In this document: positions 38,401-52,271 of the stretch, piece after piece
How the letters are laid out: each line of letters begins with the position of its first letter
Numbering within the stretch: position 1 is the first letter of the stretch
Position numbers and translations under genes: made by a program
Notes under the pieces: generated by a model
What the model was told of the DNA's origin: nothing
The model's database searches: none
What the model saw: only the letters and a program-made list of their open reading frames with translations
From: Gordius albopunctatus
Taxonomy: Eukaryota
DNA: 64,000 nucleotides
Assembly (NCBI GenBank): GCA_964276515.1
Contig: OZ193909.1
Span: 8,742,001 to 8,806,000, forward strand
Direction: 5' to 3'

Positions 38401-41400
38401 ATTAGCCACAGTTTGGTGGCAAATATGATGACTGGATCAATTTTTCTGGTCTATTTAAGACTTTGATCCATGAAAACAACAATGTCAGTAATATTGAAAA
38501 ATTAAACTATTTAAAATTATCAATTAAGCCTGCAGCAAATATCATTGAATCATTAGAAATTACATCCCAAAATTATGAAGTGGCCTGGGATTTACTTCAG
38601 AAAAGATATAACAATAAACGTCTTATCATTAATCAACACATAAAGCCTTATTTCAGTTGGGTACTATTAAAAGAGAATCAGGCCAAGAGCTTCGCCATCT
38701 ACTTGACAACATTTTAAAACATACCCGTGCCCTGAAATCACTAAATTGCCCAGTTGACCCATTGGGACGACCTTCTTATATTTCTTTTAACCAACAAGTT
38801 AAACTCAATCACTGTTAAGGTTTGGGAAAACTCAATAAAAATGGATGAAACTCCAACCTTTACAGAATTTTTATCACAAAGGTGCCTTGTTCTAGAAATT
38901 ACTAATAAAATGGACCAAGTCGAACCTATCACCAAATTCCCTGCTTACAGATCCTCAATCAACCTTGCTACTTCTAATCCTTCATGTGTAATATGCAATC
39001 AGTCACATTTTGTATACCAGTGTGAAATATTTTTAAATAGTTCAACTAATGAAAAATATGAATGGGTCAAGAAAAGGGTTTTGTGCCTAAACTGTCTTAG
39101 GCAAAACCATAATGCCTATCAATGCAGGGCCGGAACTTGTAAGATTTGCCAGAAAAGGCATAATACCTTACTGCATAGGTCAGACTTGACTTATGGCAAT
39201 TTGCATGAGTCGGCAAACAATACATGCTATGGTCAAAATTCGCAAATTCTTCTGCCAACGGCCATTGTGGAAATACAAGATTCAAAAGGTGTATTTCATT
39301 CGTGCCGGGCATTGTTAGACTCAGGCTCACAATCAAACTTTATCACCACGAACTTGGCCAATAAATTACAAAACAAGCAACATCCCACATCAGTATCTAT
39401 AGGTGGCATCAATCAAATTCACGCCCCAATCAACTCATACATTTTTACTTGCCTCAAATCTAAATCTAGCCAATTCAACGAATCAACAAAGTTTTTGGTA
39501 ATCGACAAGATAACATCAAACTTTCCTTTACTCTCTTTTCCTAAATCAAATGTATCGATCCCCGATAACATCACTCTTGCAGATCCAAGTTTTAATAAAT
39601 CAAGTACATTGGATATTCTTATTGGTGCCGAGTTATTTTGGGACTTATTAAGGGCAGAGCAATTACAATTTGGTAAAGGCCGGTTGGTACTACAAAACAC
39701 AAAACTTGGTTGGGTAGTTTCGGGCCCCTGCCCTCCTTACAACATAAGTGTCCCAATCGAAACGAAACTATGTAACATATCCACACACTCATTGCAAAAT
39801 CAATTAACTAAATTTTGGGACATAGAAGAAATTAATCAAAAATTACCGATAAGTGAGAGGCTGAATGTGAAAAAATATTTGAAACGACTTATGTACGTGA
39901 CACAAATGGAAGATTTATTGTGCACCTTCCACTTAGGGCTAATGTCAATCAAATTCGAACTACCTACCAATTAGCCCTACACAGATTTCTTTCCCTTGAA
40001 AGAAAATTAACAAAAAACAAAGTGTTATATGAAGAATACACCAAATTTATTCATGAATACAAAAACCTAGGCCATCTCATTCCCACAAATTGTAATAAAC
40101 ACTCTGAACTCCCTGTGTTTTATTTACCCCATCATGCAGTTTTCAAACTAGATAGCCTCACCACTAAATTGAGAATAGTCTTTGATGGCTCGGCTAAATC
40201 TTCTTCGGTAGTTTCTTTGAATGAAACTCTTATGGTTGGTCCTAAGGTTCAACAAGACCTTATACCTATTCTCTTGAGATTTCGCAAACACAACATTGCA
40301 ATTACTGCAGATATAGAAAAGATGTACCGACAGATTCTGATAACCACGAAACATACCCAATTACAAAGAATATTATGGCGAGATGACAAGTCACATCCAA
40401 CTAAATCATATGATCTCTTGACTGTCACCTATGGAACCTCGGCGGCTCCCTATTTAGCAACCAAGACTCTTCAACAATAGGCAGAAGATGAATCCATAAG
40501 GTTTCCCATTGGATCTTCCAAGGCTAAGGAGGATTTCTATGTGGATAATTTACTAACCGGAGCTTCTAATATTCCTGAGGCCAAGGAAATTATCCTTCAA
40601 ATTCAAACACTGTTAATTAAGGGCGGTTTTAAGTTAAGGAAGTTGGCCACAAACTCAACTTCCTTATTCGATCATTTGTCAACAATATCCAGTGATGACA
40701 TTATACCATTAGACAAACACAACAACACCAAAACTTTAGGAGTATTTTGGAATCCGCTCACTGACAATATCAGATTCAACCTAACGTCGGAAGTCGAGGA
40801 CAAGGGAATGTCAAAACGAAGGATTTTATCAAAAATAGCGCAAATCTTTGATCCGCTTGGATTAATAGGTCCAGTTCTAACAAGAGCAAAGTTATTCATG
40901 CAACAACTTTATAAGCTTGAAATGTCATGGGACGAAACATTGCCGGAACAGTTTGTAAAAAAATGGGATTCTTTTGAAAATCAATTCACATCACTTAGCG
41001 CACTCGACATTCCTCGTCGTGTGATAACACGACGAGGCAACTATTGAAATTCATGGCTTTTGTGATGCTAGTGAAATTGCTTATGGGGCATGCATCTACA
41101 TTCGATCGGGTGAGGATGGAAAATGGGCAAGCAGATTGTTATGTTCCAAGTCTCGAGTAGCGCCAATAAGAAGCATTTCAATTCCAAAACTCGAACTATG
41201 TGGTGCTTTATATTAACAAAATTACTAAATAGAGTGCTCTTATCTCTACAGCTATCGGTGTCTGCGACAATATGTTGGACTGATTCTACAATAGTTCTAG
41301 CATGGTTGAAAGGCTCTCCATGTGATTGGAACACATTCGTGGGTAACAGAGTGTCAAAAATACAGGAATTTAAAAATTACCAATGGAGTCACATAGAATC

Positions 41401-43407
41401 CAGCTGATGTATTATCAAGAGGTTGCTCACCAGCTGAACTAATTAATAACAATAGATGGTGGGTAGGACCTGTAGGGCTTTCTACTAATTATACGATTAA
41501 ACCAAATTCCCTAAGTGAAACATCGAACATTCCCGAGCGCAAAATTGTCAGCTTAACAACTACAGTGGAACCCGACTCAATCTTTAATTAATATTCAAGC
41601 TTTCGCAAACTCACACGGATTGTTTCATATTGTTTAAGATTTTACACTAATACAAAACATAAGGCCCGCAACAGCGGCCAATCGTACAACAAATCATTGT
41701 CTACCAACGAGTTTGATAATGCAATGCTAACAATATTAAAAATTGTGCAAGAGAATGAATTTCCATCAGATATAATTTCATTACGCAAATCAAATAAGTT
41801 TGTTGATAATAGCAAATTATTGTGTTTAAACCCCTTCTACCACGAAGGGTTAATTAGAGTAGGCGGTAGACTTGAAAATGCAAACATCCCCTTTTCGCAA
41901 AAACACCCAATTCTTCTTCCTAGAAACCACCATGTCACCTATCTAATAATCAAAATGTATCATGAAGATTTTTTTCATACTGGGATACAAAACACTTTAG
42001 CTAATATACGTACTGTGTACTGGCCTGTCAATGCTCGATCGATTGTTAAGAACGTAATACGAAAATGTGTTACATGTTTTAAAACCAATCCAAGAGGTGA
42101 AAAATACTTAATGGGTAATCTTCCAAAAGGCCGAGTTTTACCAACCAAGCCGTTTTACCACACAGGGTTAGACTATTTTGGGCCTCTTTTATTGCGGGAA
42201 GGAAGACGACGTAATAGTAAGGTCAGCAAATCGTATGCTGCTATATTCATATGTTTTAACACCAAAGCAGTTCATATTGAATTAGTATCAGATCTTACAA
42301 CAAATGCCCTTTTAAACGCACTTAAGCGTTTTGTTGCCAGAAGAGGCAAACCAGCCTACTTATATTCGGATAATGCGACTACATTTATAGGGGCCAACAA
42401 GGAATTGTTTCATCTACAAACTTTGCTTACAGGCAAAAACCAAGAAATAATAGAATCTAAATGCGCTGAAGAAGGTATAACCTGGACGTTTATTCCGCCT
42501 AGAGCTCCTCATTTTGGTGGGTTGTGGGAGGCAGCAGTTAAATCAACAAAACACCATTTAAGAAGGATTATTGGGACCGCCCATTTAACATACGAAGAAG
42601 CTACAACCTTATTGATCCAAATTGAGGCTATTATAAACTCGAGACCTCTTACCCCATTGTCTGACGACCCAAATGACTTAGCATGTCTCACTCCCGCCCA
42701 TTTTTTAATCGGAACATCATTTGCTTCATTTCCTGAAAAGGATTGGACCAATGCAAAGGTTAATACGTTATCAAGATGGCAACACATTGAGTTGCTTAGG
42801 CAACAATTTTGGCGCCGATGGTCAAGAGAATACTTAAACCAGCTACAAATGCGCAGAAAATGGAATAAGTCATCGGTTGGAGTTAGGGTCGGCCAACTTG
42901 TCATAATCAAAGATGATAACATGCCTCCAGTAAAGTGGCCTCTAGGACGTATCCAAATTACTCACCCTGGTGCAGATGGAATTGTAAGGGTAGCTACTAT
43001 CAAAACTATTGGAGGTCTTATCAAAAGACCAGTTGCCAGACTTCACGTCTTACCAATTGATGACAACATTAATGACTTGCCCGATTTAAAGGACTCCACA
43101 ACTTTTGCGAGGGGGGCAGAATGTTAACAAAATGTTAACATGAAAAGAGCATATGACAAGAAGCATAAATCATTCATTCATTGGCACTCCATTTTTATTC
43201 ATATATCAGCAATCCCTAAACTTCCTCCCTGTTAACACATTCAACAATCGCATCATCACCACACATTTTATAATCATTCACATTCATTCGCATTCCATAA
43301 CAATACACATTAAGCAAGTTTTCACATTCGCAATCTCACATGTTATACGTTTTTAATTCATTCACATAATTCAATCTAAAACATTTAAATAAACAAAATC
43401 TTCAACA
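35405..43407 (+). mobile_element. BEL/Pao element, second appearance of the same insertion
   Basis: Same TSD GCATT, same stops and frameshifts. gag-pol 38100-43127, 3' LTR 43122-43407. Confidence 0.96.
36263..37880. repeat. (GTAT)n, then degenerate and pure (ACAT)n, then (CCCT)n
   Basis: Direct reading. Pure from about 36580 to 37854. Confidence 0.98.
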
Positions 43408-45559
43408 GCATTTCGAATCCTATCTTCGTCGCCATTTGTAGTAATTGTTTATTATTCAAATTATATCACATGTTCTTCTATATATCGCGGTACAATACAT
43501 TACAATGATGATACTACATTTAATACAATTATTTACAAGTTATTGCCCTCGATATAGATATATTTGCACAACGCCCCACCTAAAAATTAAAATGAACTAA
43601 GAAATTTAACGGCTAAATGAACCCTAAAAATATTCTGTCAAAATTAAATGAATCAAAATTTTATTTAATAATATTAGATGAAATTAGAGTTGTGAGATGC
43701 AAAGAACAACTTGGCGTCCAAAGACAAACATAATGAATTTTTTTAGGATTTTTATCCCTTGAAAGTTTTGGTGGGTTAACAATTGTCTAAAAAATTTAGG
43801 ATTTTGTTATTAATATTAATTTATCAAACTTATGATGGGATATCACTAATAAAGGGGGAAAAATGGTGTACAAACTATGTTTTTGAAATCTATTGGCTTT
43901 ATATGTGCATGTGGTACATAAAAATATGCAAGATATGTTAAACAATAAGCATGTGATATGGACAATTAAATTGAATCCAGGATGGAATTTTCGTAAATTT
44001 AATAATATTTTAATTTATTTTGAAAGTGTTAAAAAGTTTAAAACAAGTTAAAAAGGCCAGATAATTTTTAATTAAATATTAAAATTAGTCTTTTAATAGT
44101 AGTTCATTACGCCTTTTACTCGATGTTGCAAACGAATTTATAATATCATCCTGGGGAATAACATTTATAAAGTCATGTTCTAAGCTCAATAAAGCTAAGG
44201 AAGATAACCTAAAAGAAGATAAGTTTTAATAGGTTTTAGCAATGAGAACGATCTTTCGCATGAACATGAAAGGGCAAAATTTTAATAAGCGGAAAAATAT
44301 CCTTGCATTATATTTTATTCGAAGATAAAGAATTATAATATAATATATAATTTTCTGCCATATTTATTTCGACATCTTCCAGTTTTAATACATAATTGTG
44401 AATTACTCCTGATAAAAGAGATTTAGGGCAAAACAGTGGATGAAGGGTTTAAACCTTCTAAGGATTTATATAAATTACAATTAATTTCTGAAAATCTTAT
44501 GTTTATATCTGATATTATTATATCGATGATAGTATAATATAAATCCATTTTGAAAATAAATTTGTAGATTCAAAAAAGTAAAAAGTGTCACACTTTTTTG
44601 GTTTATTAATATGTTTAGAAGGTACTAAATTAAAAATTGAAGGTAAATCTTTCGCCTATAAATAATTTGATAGTTATCCTCATCTCTAATACAATTTAAA
44701 GTTTATATTAGACTATTAACCGTTGAAATTGCATTTATTAAACAAATATTTGGGCTTAAAATTTTAAAAATATAATAATCTTTATTGTTTCTTAATTAAG
44801 ATAAAATAAAAATAATGGCTAAAGGGGCCCAGGGTGGGTGAATTTGCGATAGGGTATTGGCAATTAAACAAGATCATATAATGTGTTTTAGTTATCCAAT
44901 TTGTGATAAGATTATCTTGCCTTATCTTTCCCCCAACACCATATACCAAAAGATATATCAAAACATCTTTATTTTTCCTTACAAGAATGCCAAATTTGTA
45001 TGTTGACTGTTGAATAAACACGGCACGCGACCGTGTTCTAAGGATAGTGTGGTTGCTTTGGACAGGACAGGATTGTTTTGGGGGGTTAATTACCAGGCCC
45101 TTCTCTTGATTACTATCTTAAAAAGTCACTTTCTTTAACCCGAACGCGAAGACGTTATTATATTGTCAACCCAGACTCGACCAAGTTTATTTGATGTATA
45201 AATATCATTCAATCCAAAATTTCGTCTCTGAAAATATAGATATAAAAAAAATTAATTATGAAAAGACTAAGCACCACCTATGGAAAAATAGAAGAATTAC
45301 ATTCTATGTGATAATTATTCTTAAATTACAATTGAATAAAATCCTTTTGCTTAAATATAGAATTAGGTTTAAAATATAAAAAGAAAATTTTTTTTATAGT
45401 TATTTCCCATATATATGGATTTTCCTTTCTCCCTACTTTAATTTTTCTATCAAACCTTGCGATTTTTTAATTTTCCAATTATTCATATGATTTGACTTTA
45501 CAAATTTAAAATATTTTATCATTGGCGTGTTAGTATCTACTTTGTTTAAATTTTTGCAA

Positions 45560-48500
45560 ATGCCCTCAATACGCGATTCTGCTGAAAGTAATTAACAATT
45601 TTATAATATTAAACCCTTTTCTCAGGGCACCATTCGAAGAAAGTCAAGAAACATCACGATAAAAGAAATTCAGACCATTATGAACGCAGGAGTCGAAGGC
45701 ACAGAAGTCGAAGCTATAGAGCAAGTTATGAAAGAAGTCGAAGCAGGGATAGAAAAAAAGATAGAAGTAGTCATAAAAGACATAGGGACCACAGTTATAA
45801 AGATAAAAAAGAAACAATATCACCTATAGACAATAATTTTCTTGGTGCAAAAAATGATACTACTATTGGCAGTATAATAGCTGAGAGTAGAATCAGTGCA
45901 TTAGCTTCAGTTGATTCTAATAATGTAGAAAATGAAGGCAAGAAAAAGAGAAAAAGTCGTTGGGCTGAAAGTGCAGAAGTTGGTAAAATACTTCCAGGTG
46001 TTCCCACTATTTTGCCTCCAAACTTGACACCTCTACAAGAAAAGGCCTTTTTGCGTACTTTAGTGTTTATCATAATCATAAATTCAATTTAGTTCAGTTG
46101 CAAGTTGAAGAGATATCAAGAAAATTACGATTCTCAGATTGGGACATTCCGGAAAAAATTGAAGACAGGTAAATTTTTAAAATTAATCCTAGTTATCCAA
46201 ACTTTTATTGGCTTTTATATATGAGAGATTTATTAATTAATATATAGTTATATTATTTTTTATTTATTATAATATATTTTTCAAAATTGCTTACCCTAAC
46301 ATTCTTTAGATCACCATCACCTGAACCCATATATAACAATTTAGGTATTAGAATGAATACAAGGGAAGTTAGGGTAAAGAAAAAACTAGAGGAACAACGA
46401 TATACATTGATAGCAGAATTAATTAAAATCAACCCGGATTATAAACCTCCACTTGACTTTAGGTATAAAATGCTAATTCCATTTATTATAATATACAAAT
46501 GATTTCTTATAAGAAAAACATGAAATTATAGTTATAAAGTATATATGGTCTTAAGTATTTTTATAAGTATGAGATGTCATAAAAAAATTTTAGGCCAAAC
46601 CAGCAAAAATACATTGATAAAGTTTGGATACCGCAGGAATCAAATCCTCTTGTGAATTTTGTAGGTTTAATCATTGGACCTAGAGGAAATACATTAAAAC
46701 AATTGGAAAAGGAGGTAATCTTTAAAATAATTATTATTTTAATAGTTTTTAATTATTCAAAAAAATTGAACCATAAGTAGAAACACAATTCATTTACATT
46801 TATAATAGAAATCTATTTTAATTTGATGTATTAAAATCAAATTTACATGATATTAAAATATTGTTTTGAATTTAGGGTAAGGATTTGGCTCTATATTTAG
46901 GTATAGCTGCACTATAAAATCTTACAATTGGCAAAATAAATTTTTTATTATTTTCAAATGATTTCAAGAAAAAACTTTTCAATTATATTAAATTTTGCTT
47001 ACAAAGTTGATTTTTAATCTAAATCAATCCAATCGACCCTTAAAATGCCTTTAAATAATTTACCTAAATTTTGGTTTTAAGAATTTTTTCTGGTTAATTT
47101 AAAACTAATAATCAACAATTATTGAGCCTCAATTAGGTGTTTTGGGTTTACTAGGAAGTATGATGAGAACCTTTGTATTATGGCTTTTTAAAATGTTACA
47201 ACTATATGCAAGCTAGCATCAATTGCAATAGGCCCTTGCTATAATGTTAATTTGCAAAATATGTTGATTACTAATTTGTTAATAATGGCTCATATTTATT
47301 ATCTTTATATAAGTTTGAAGTTGTCATTTGTAAAACGATTCACAGCTTTTTATAAAGTTTATTATGTTAAACACAAATAAACTTGTCTTTTTTCTCTATA
47401 AATCAAGATTTGGAATTATTGGGTTCAAAATTCAAAAATAAACGTTTTTCTTTTGTTTAAAGAATGCTTACAGCTAATTTGAATTGATCAAATTTAAAAA
47501 TAAATATCTATGATTTTAAACCATCTTAGAGTTATTAGTAATAATAAATAATTTTGCTCTATTATAATTAGTTTATCAATTATAATGAAATAGCCACTGG
47601 TTTAGAGGTAATGGTACCATGTGTCAGGGGCAAAAATTTATGGAATAAGTGGATTTTAAATATAATTCAAAATCTTAATAAATAGAGCAAATTTTTTCCT
47701 ATGTTTCAACCAAAAGTTGGTTTTACAACTTATGTTTTTAAATTTGATTATTACAATATACTGTAAAGGGGTTAGAAGCGCTTATTTATGCAACCTTAAA
47801 ATAAAAAATAAATTGGGTTCACCATTAAAAAAAACTTCATCAAAATTTGTTACTGGTTGGCTCTTATAGTGATTATCAGTTTATAATGTGATATCAATCA
47901 AATAATCTATTAATACCCCAACAAAATTATTATAAATTACGAGTATCATTTACAATATGCTTTTACTTAATATATGCTTTCTAATCGAAATATTTCAAGA
48001 CCGGTGCAAAAATTATAATTCGTGGCAAAGGATCCATGAAGGAGGGAAAAATTGGTAGGCCGGATGGTCAACCTTTACCTGGAGCTGATGAACCTCTGCA
48101 TGCCTATATTACTGCTGCCACTGCCGAATGCCTGAAAAAGGCTATGGATTTGGTATGCTCCCGCTTTTTAAACAACTTTTTTTATTTATAATCAAAAATA
48201 CATTGTCAAATTTTGTTTTTTTAGATTACCCAGATTATAAAAGAGGCCATTGAAGTGCCGGAAGCTGATAATGAGCTAAGAAAAAATCAACTTAAACAAT
48301 TAGCTTTGCTCAATGGAACATTACGGGATCCTACAGCCTCTCTCATGTCTATTATGACCGTTAAATGCAGTAATTGTGGTTCAGATGCCCATAAAACTTG
48401 GCAATGTCCAGAGGCTCCTAATATAACAGCCAGTATTGTTTGCACATTATGTGGGGGAGGTGGTCATGTGGCCATGGATTGTAAGCAACTCAAAAATGAG

Positions 48501-49629
48501 GGAAGTTTGTTAGGAAGCACTAATCAACTGGATGAAGAGGTAATTCATTCAAATGATTTTTTTATTAATAACGCTATAAATTTAATGTAACCACCTTTTC
48601 CTTCCAGTATATGTCATTGATGGCTGAACTTGGACAAAATCCTGTGCTGAATCCCGCCGGCGCTGGCGCTCCCAAAAAGTTAGAGAGCATAACCCCCTTG
48701 GTTAAAAAAGTTATTGAGACGCGTCCTTCGCTTAAACCAAACCCATCGTATCCTATGCCGAATATAGGTCCTGGTCCACCACTTTTCCCAGTAATTTATA
48801 ATAACTTTTGATTGCTTAACAACTATCATCCTTACATAGCATCAGCAACAGTTTCCTACATACCCAACGTATGGGCCTATCGGTCTACAACCTAACCCTT
48901 TCATGACACAATTTCCTATGCCACCTTTCATGTGAGACTTTTAAATTCAATAATGTGAATAATATATTAATGTGTATACAAACGTACGCCTATACGAAAA
49001 ACGATATATATTTATTTAATAGGCGGCCTCCGCCTGGTTCCGAAACGCAAGATGGCATGCCTCATCCACCTTTCGGTATGCCCATGCCATTCATGATGGG
49101 TTCAACTGGACAAGGTATGTTTATTGATTATTTTCCTTGCAAGACAAAATATGGTTTATGACTGGTGAAATGAATCTGGAATCATTGATGATTTTTCAAT
49201 CCTTTATTTAAGCATACGAAAATTTAAGTTTGCCATAAAATTTATTTATTTTTATAATTCTACAATATTACTTTAAACTATAAATAAGTTAAAATATTAT
49301 ATGTACCTCGATTTTTATCATAAAATTTACAGTCATCAATGGTCTAATAAACTACAACGCTATATATTTGGCCTAAGTTTTAGATTTCAGCAAAATATAT
49401 TTGCTTTCTAACAACAGACAACTCGAATATTCCACCCTGGGCAATACAAGATCCTCCTCCGACCAAACCTGTGACGCCAACAGTGGACCCTGTTCAGCCC
49501 CCACCACCCCCACCCTCTCTATCTGGGTTTAATATTGACCCTCTGCCACCGCCACCGCCTCCACAAAATATATATTCGGGTGAAAATGCAGCTTTACCTC
49601 AGCCTCCAGCCATGGGGGTTGATGATTAA
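45560..49629 (+). CDS. SF1: Splicing factor 1 / branch-point binding protein, 11 exons, predicted 617 aa
   Basis: Exons 45560-45587, 45626-46054, 46093-46168, 46310-46462, 46594-46714, 48000-48152, 48225-48539, 48608-48790, 48840-48931, 49023-49114 and 49418-49629 are all GT-AG and join in frame (1854 nt). Motifs: KKRKSRW (ULM), RSPSPEPIY, NFVGLIIGPRGNTLK and IIIRGKGS (KH), QLALLNGTLR (QUA2), two CCHC knuckles, EYMSLMAELG, Pro-rich tail. Confidence 0.96.
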
Positions 49630-50446
49630 AATCTAATTTAAAAATACATTTGATTTTATCTGTGTTTTATTTTACCATACTTTTCGATTTGTAATATTTA
49701 TTGATAAAATCAATGATCGATTGTTCAACTTATTACATTGTACGACTTATAGGATATTGTATATCTTTCTAAGCATGTAACAGGTGATGGTAATGTTGTG
49801 AAACTCTGCTTAATTCTAATAAAAAATAGTCTCAATTATTAGGTTATGTATATTGGCATCTACCTTTATCATCTGTTTTTTTAATATTTAATACCGGATG
49901 AATATTTTTTTATAGATTTGATAGTAACATTTTATTTTTGTCATTTTATTTATGTAACCTTTTCCAATATAATCACTCTAGAATTGTTGATATTCATATA
50001 TTTTGAACTTCACAATCTCAAGAATTCTCTTTCATATTTTAATCCAAAGTAATCACTTTTTGTCTCCTAATTTTTACTATCGATATATTACCAATAATAG
50101 TCGTGTTTTAATTCAGAATTTTTTCCTCAACGTCGAACTGAACTAGTTACCTTTCCAAAAGTTGAACTATGAACTTGAACTAGTTCTTTTTTTAATATTC
50201 TGAACTTTAACTTTGCAATATAAATGAACTAGTTCATCACAAAAATTGTTATTTAAATGATTTTATAAGCCGAGTTTGATTGTTTTTAGTGTTTCGATTC
50301 ACTTCTGGCCAAAATCCCGAAACCAATCAGAACCTTTGACAAATTTCCAAACCATATGACATAACATAAATTAGTTCTTCTGTCGCTCAGTCATTATATT
50401 TATTAATGTAAAATAACCAATTCTAACATTATTCATTGGTATATTT

Positions 50447-50735
50447 AAATCGCATCATAAATATAGATTATAACATTTATCACCTGTGTGACCGCAAAAC
50501 TTTTAAAAATCTTAATTTCAAAGGTTAAAAACATTTTTAAAGCTTTTAGTAAGTCACAATTTCAAAAAAAAAATTAAATCGCATTATAAATATAGATTAT
50601 AACATTTGTCACCTGGGCGACTGCTAAACTTTTAAAATCTTAATTTCAAAGGTGAAAAACATTTTTAAGCTCTTAGTAAGTCACAATTACAAAAAAATTC
50701 AATCACATCATAAATATAGAATATGACATTTACCC
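50447..50735. repeat. Tandem repeat, about 125-129-bp unit, 2.3 copies
   Basis: aaatcgcatcataaatatagattataacattt recurs at 50447, 50576 and about 50700. Confidence 0.85.
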
Positions 50736-52271
50736 CATATATATTTAAAAACCTGTACAAAAAATTTATACCTAAAAACTCAAAATGTATATAATTACAA
50801 GGTAAAAGATCAAATATACAATCTCATCTTAATATCGTGCAATCCATCATTTTATGCTCAACATGTTTAATTTCTTATAAAACTATAATATAGTAACTTT
50901 ATAATATACCATAAGAAAATATTGTAAGTTACTAAATTTTAACAGATAGCAATTCAATCTACTATCTGCTCAAATTTACTGCTCGAGCTCCTGCTAAATT
51001 TTTTAACAGATTTGGCTGCTTCAACTAACCTCTTGAGCAGTTTTACACACTACTGTTAAAACTATTGCACCGAACAGCTAGCACTCATTGAGCTAAACTA
51101 GCATATTACAGCTAGTCTTCGTGCTTGAGCATATAACATAGTTAGCATTGCTAAAGTTAGCAATTTAACATCTCTAGGTAAACATAAGTTTGTTATTAGA
51201 CAATATATATAAGCTCGCATATAATAAATTAAAACCCATTTAATATAAATGAGGATAAATTTGTTGATCATAAGGAAATATTATTAATAAGCATTTATTT
51301 AATATTAAGCCTTACATTGCATAAATAAATATGCACTCTTTTTTTATGACAATAAATAGCAACATATTATGTTAAAATATAACATGATGAAGAATGAATT
51401 AGTTTAATATAAGACAGTATATATAGGCAAATATATGTTAATTTTAATATATTAATTTTTCATAAATCACATATACATACACATAGGCAGGAGTTTATTT
51501 GTAAATTTAAATTTCTCTACTAATATTTATAATTATGGAGTGACAAAAATATGTATTAAGAAATCTTATAGACAACTCAAAATTGTATTTTATACAAATA
51601 AAAGGTTGGTATAGATCTATAATTATAGCAATCAATACTGTAGAATATGTTTGCTTATTTAAACTATCTTTATCCTCCCTATGCTAAAATGTTACCATAA
51701 TATATGTTAATTATAATTATTGTCATAAGAAAAGAATGCATATGTATTTAAGCAGCGTAAGGCTTAATTTTTCAAATAGCAGCTTATTATTACTTTATCC
51801 CAATCACCAACAAATGTATTCTTATTTATATTATACGGTTTTCAATTTATTACATGCTAACTTATATATATTGTCTACTAACAAACTTATGTTTACCTTT
51901 TTGCTCTATATATCTTAGCATGGCGAAAGGCATTGTATATTATAGCTTATATAGAACTTAATGTTTTTACAATTTATTAAATGGGTTTATATGTATCTCT
52001 TAATAACAATATATGATTAATCCTCTTTTAAATAAGTTTCGGTATGACTAAAGAAGTTTTAATCCTATAATAGTTAATATAAAACTTTATAAAATTTCAA
52101 TTTATTAAACGCATCAATATGTAAGCTAAAATTTATTTATGTTTATTTATTAGCTATATAGAAGCTTTTGTGCATGTATATTTAAAATATATGTACAATA
52201 TATAAATTTATGTGTATTTGCTATTTTTAAAATTTAATTTTAGTTTTTGCATCTAGTTGGGAAATACATTT

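Larger units (their letters stand above)
32447..43527 (-). mobile_element. Mag-clade Gypsy element, remainder of copy A (RNase H, RT, protease, gag, 5' LTR 43437-43527)
   Basis: ORFs 32536-32880, 32907-33878, 33892-35067 and 35080-35403. The start of this contig continues position 13329 exactly. Confidence 0.92.
33072..45561 (+). repeat. Near-exact duplicate of 19551-32246
   Basis: Identical ORF translations at offsets 13521 (before the microsatellite) and 13315 (after it). The only differences seen are around the microsatellite. Confidence 0.97.

Noticed and set aside
45018..45045. Helitron 3' end (AACACGG-loop-CCGTGTT followed by CTAA)
   Set aside because: No spacer between hairpin and CTRR, no following T and no matching 5' end.
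45795..46079. Short antisense ORFs over SF1, RPL12 and TE genes
   Set aside because: Shadows of opposite-strand coding sequence with no independent motifs.
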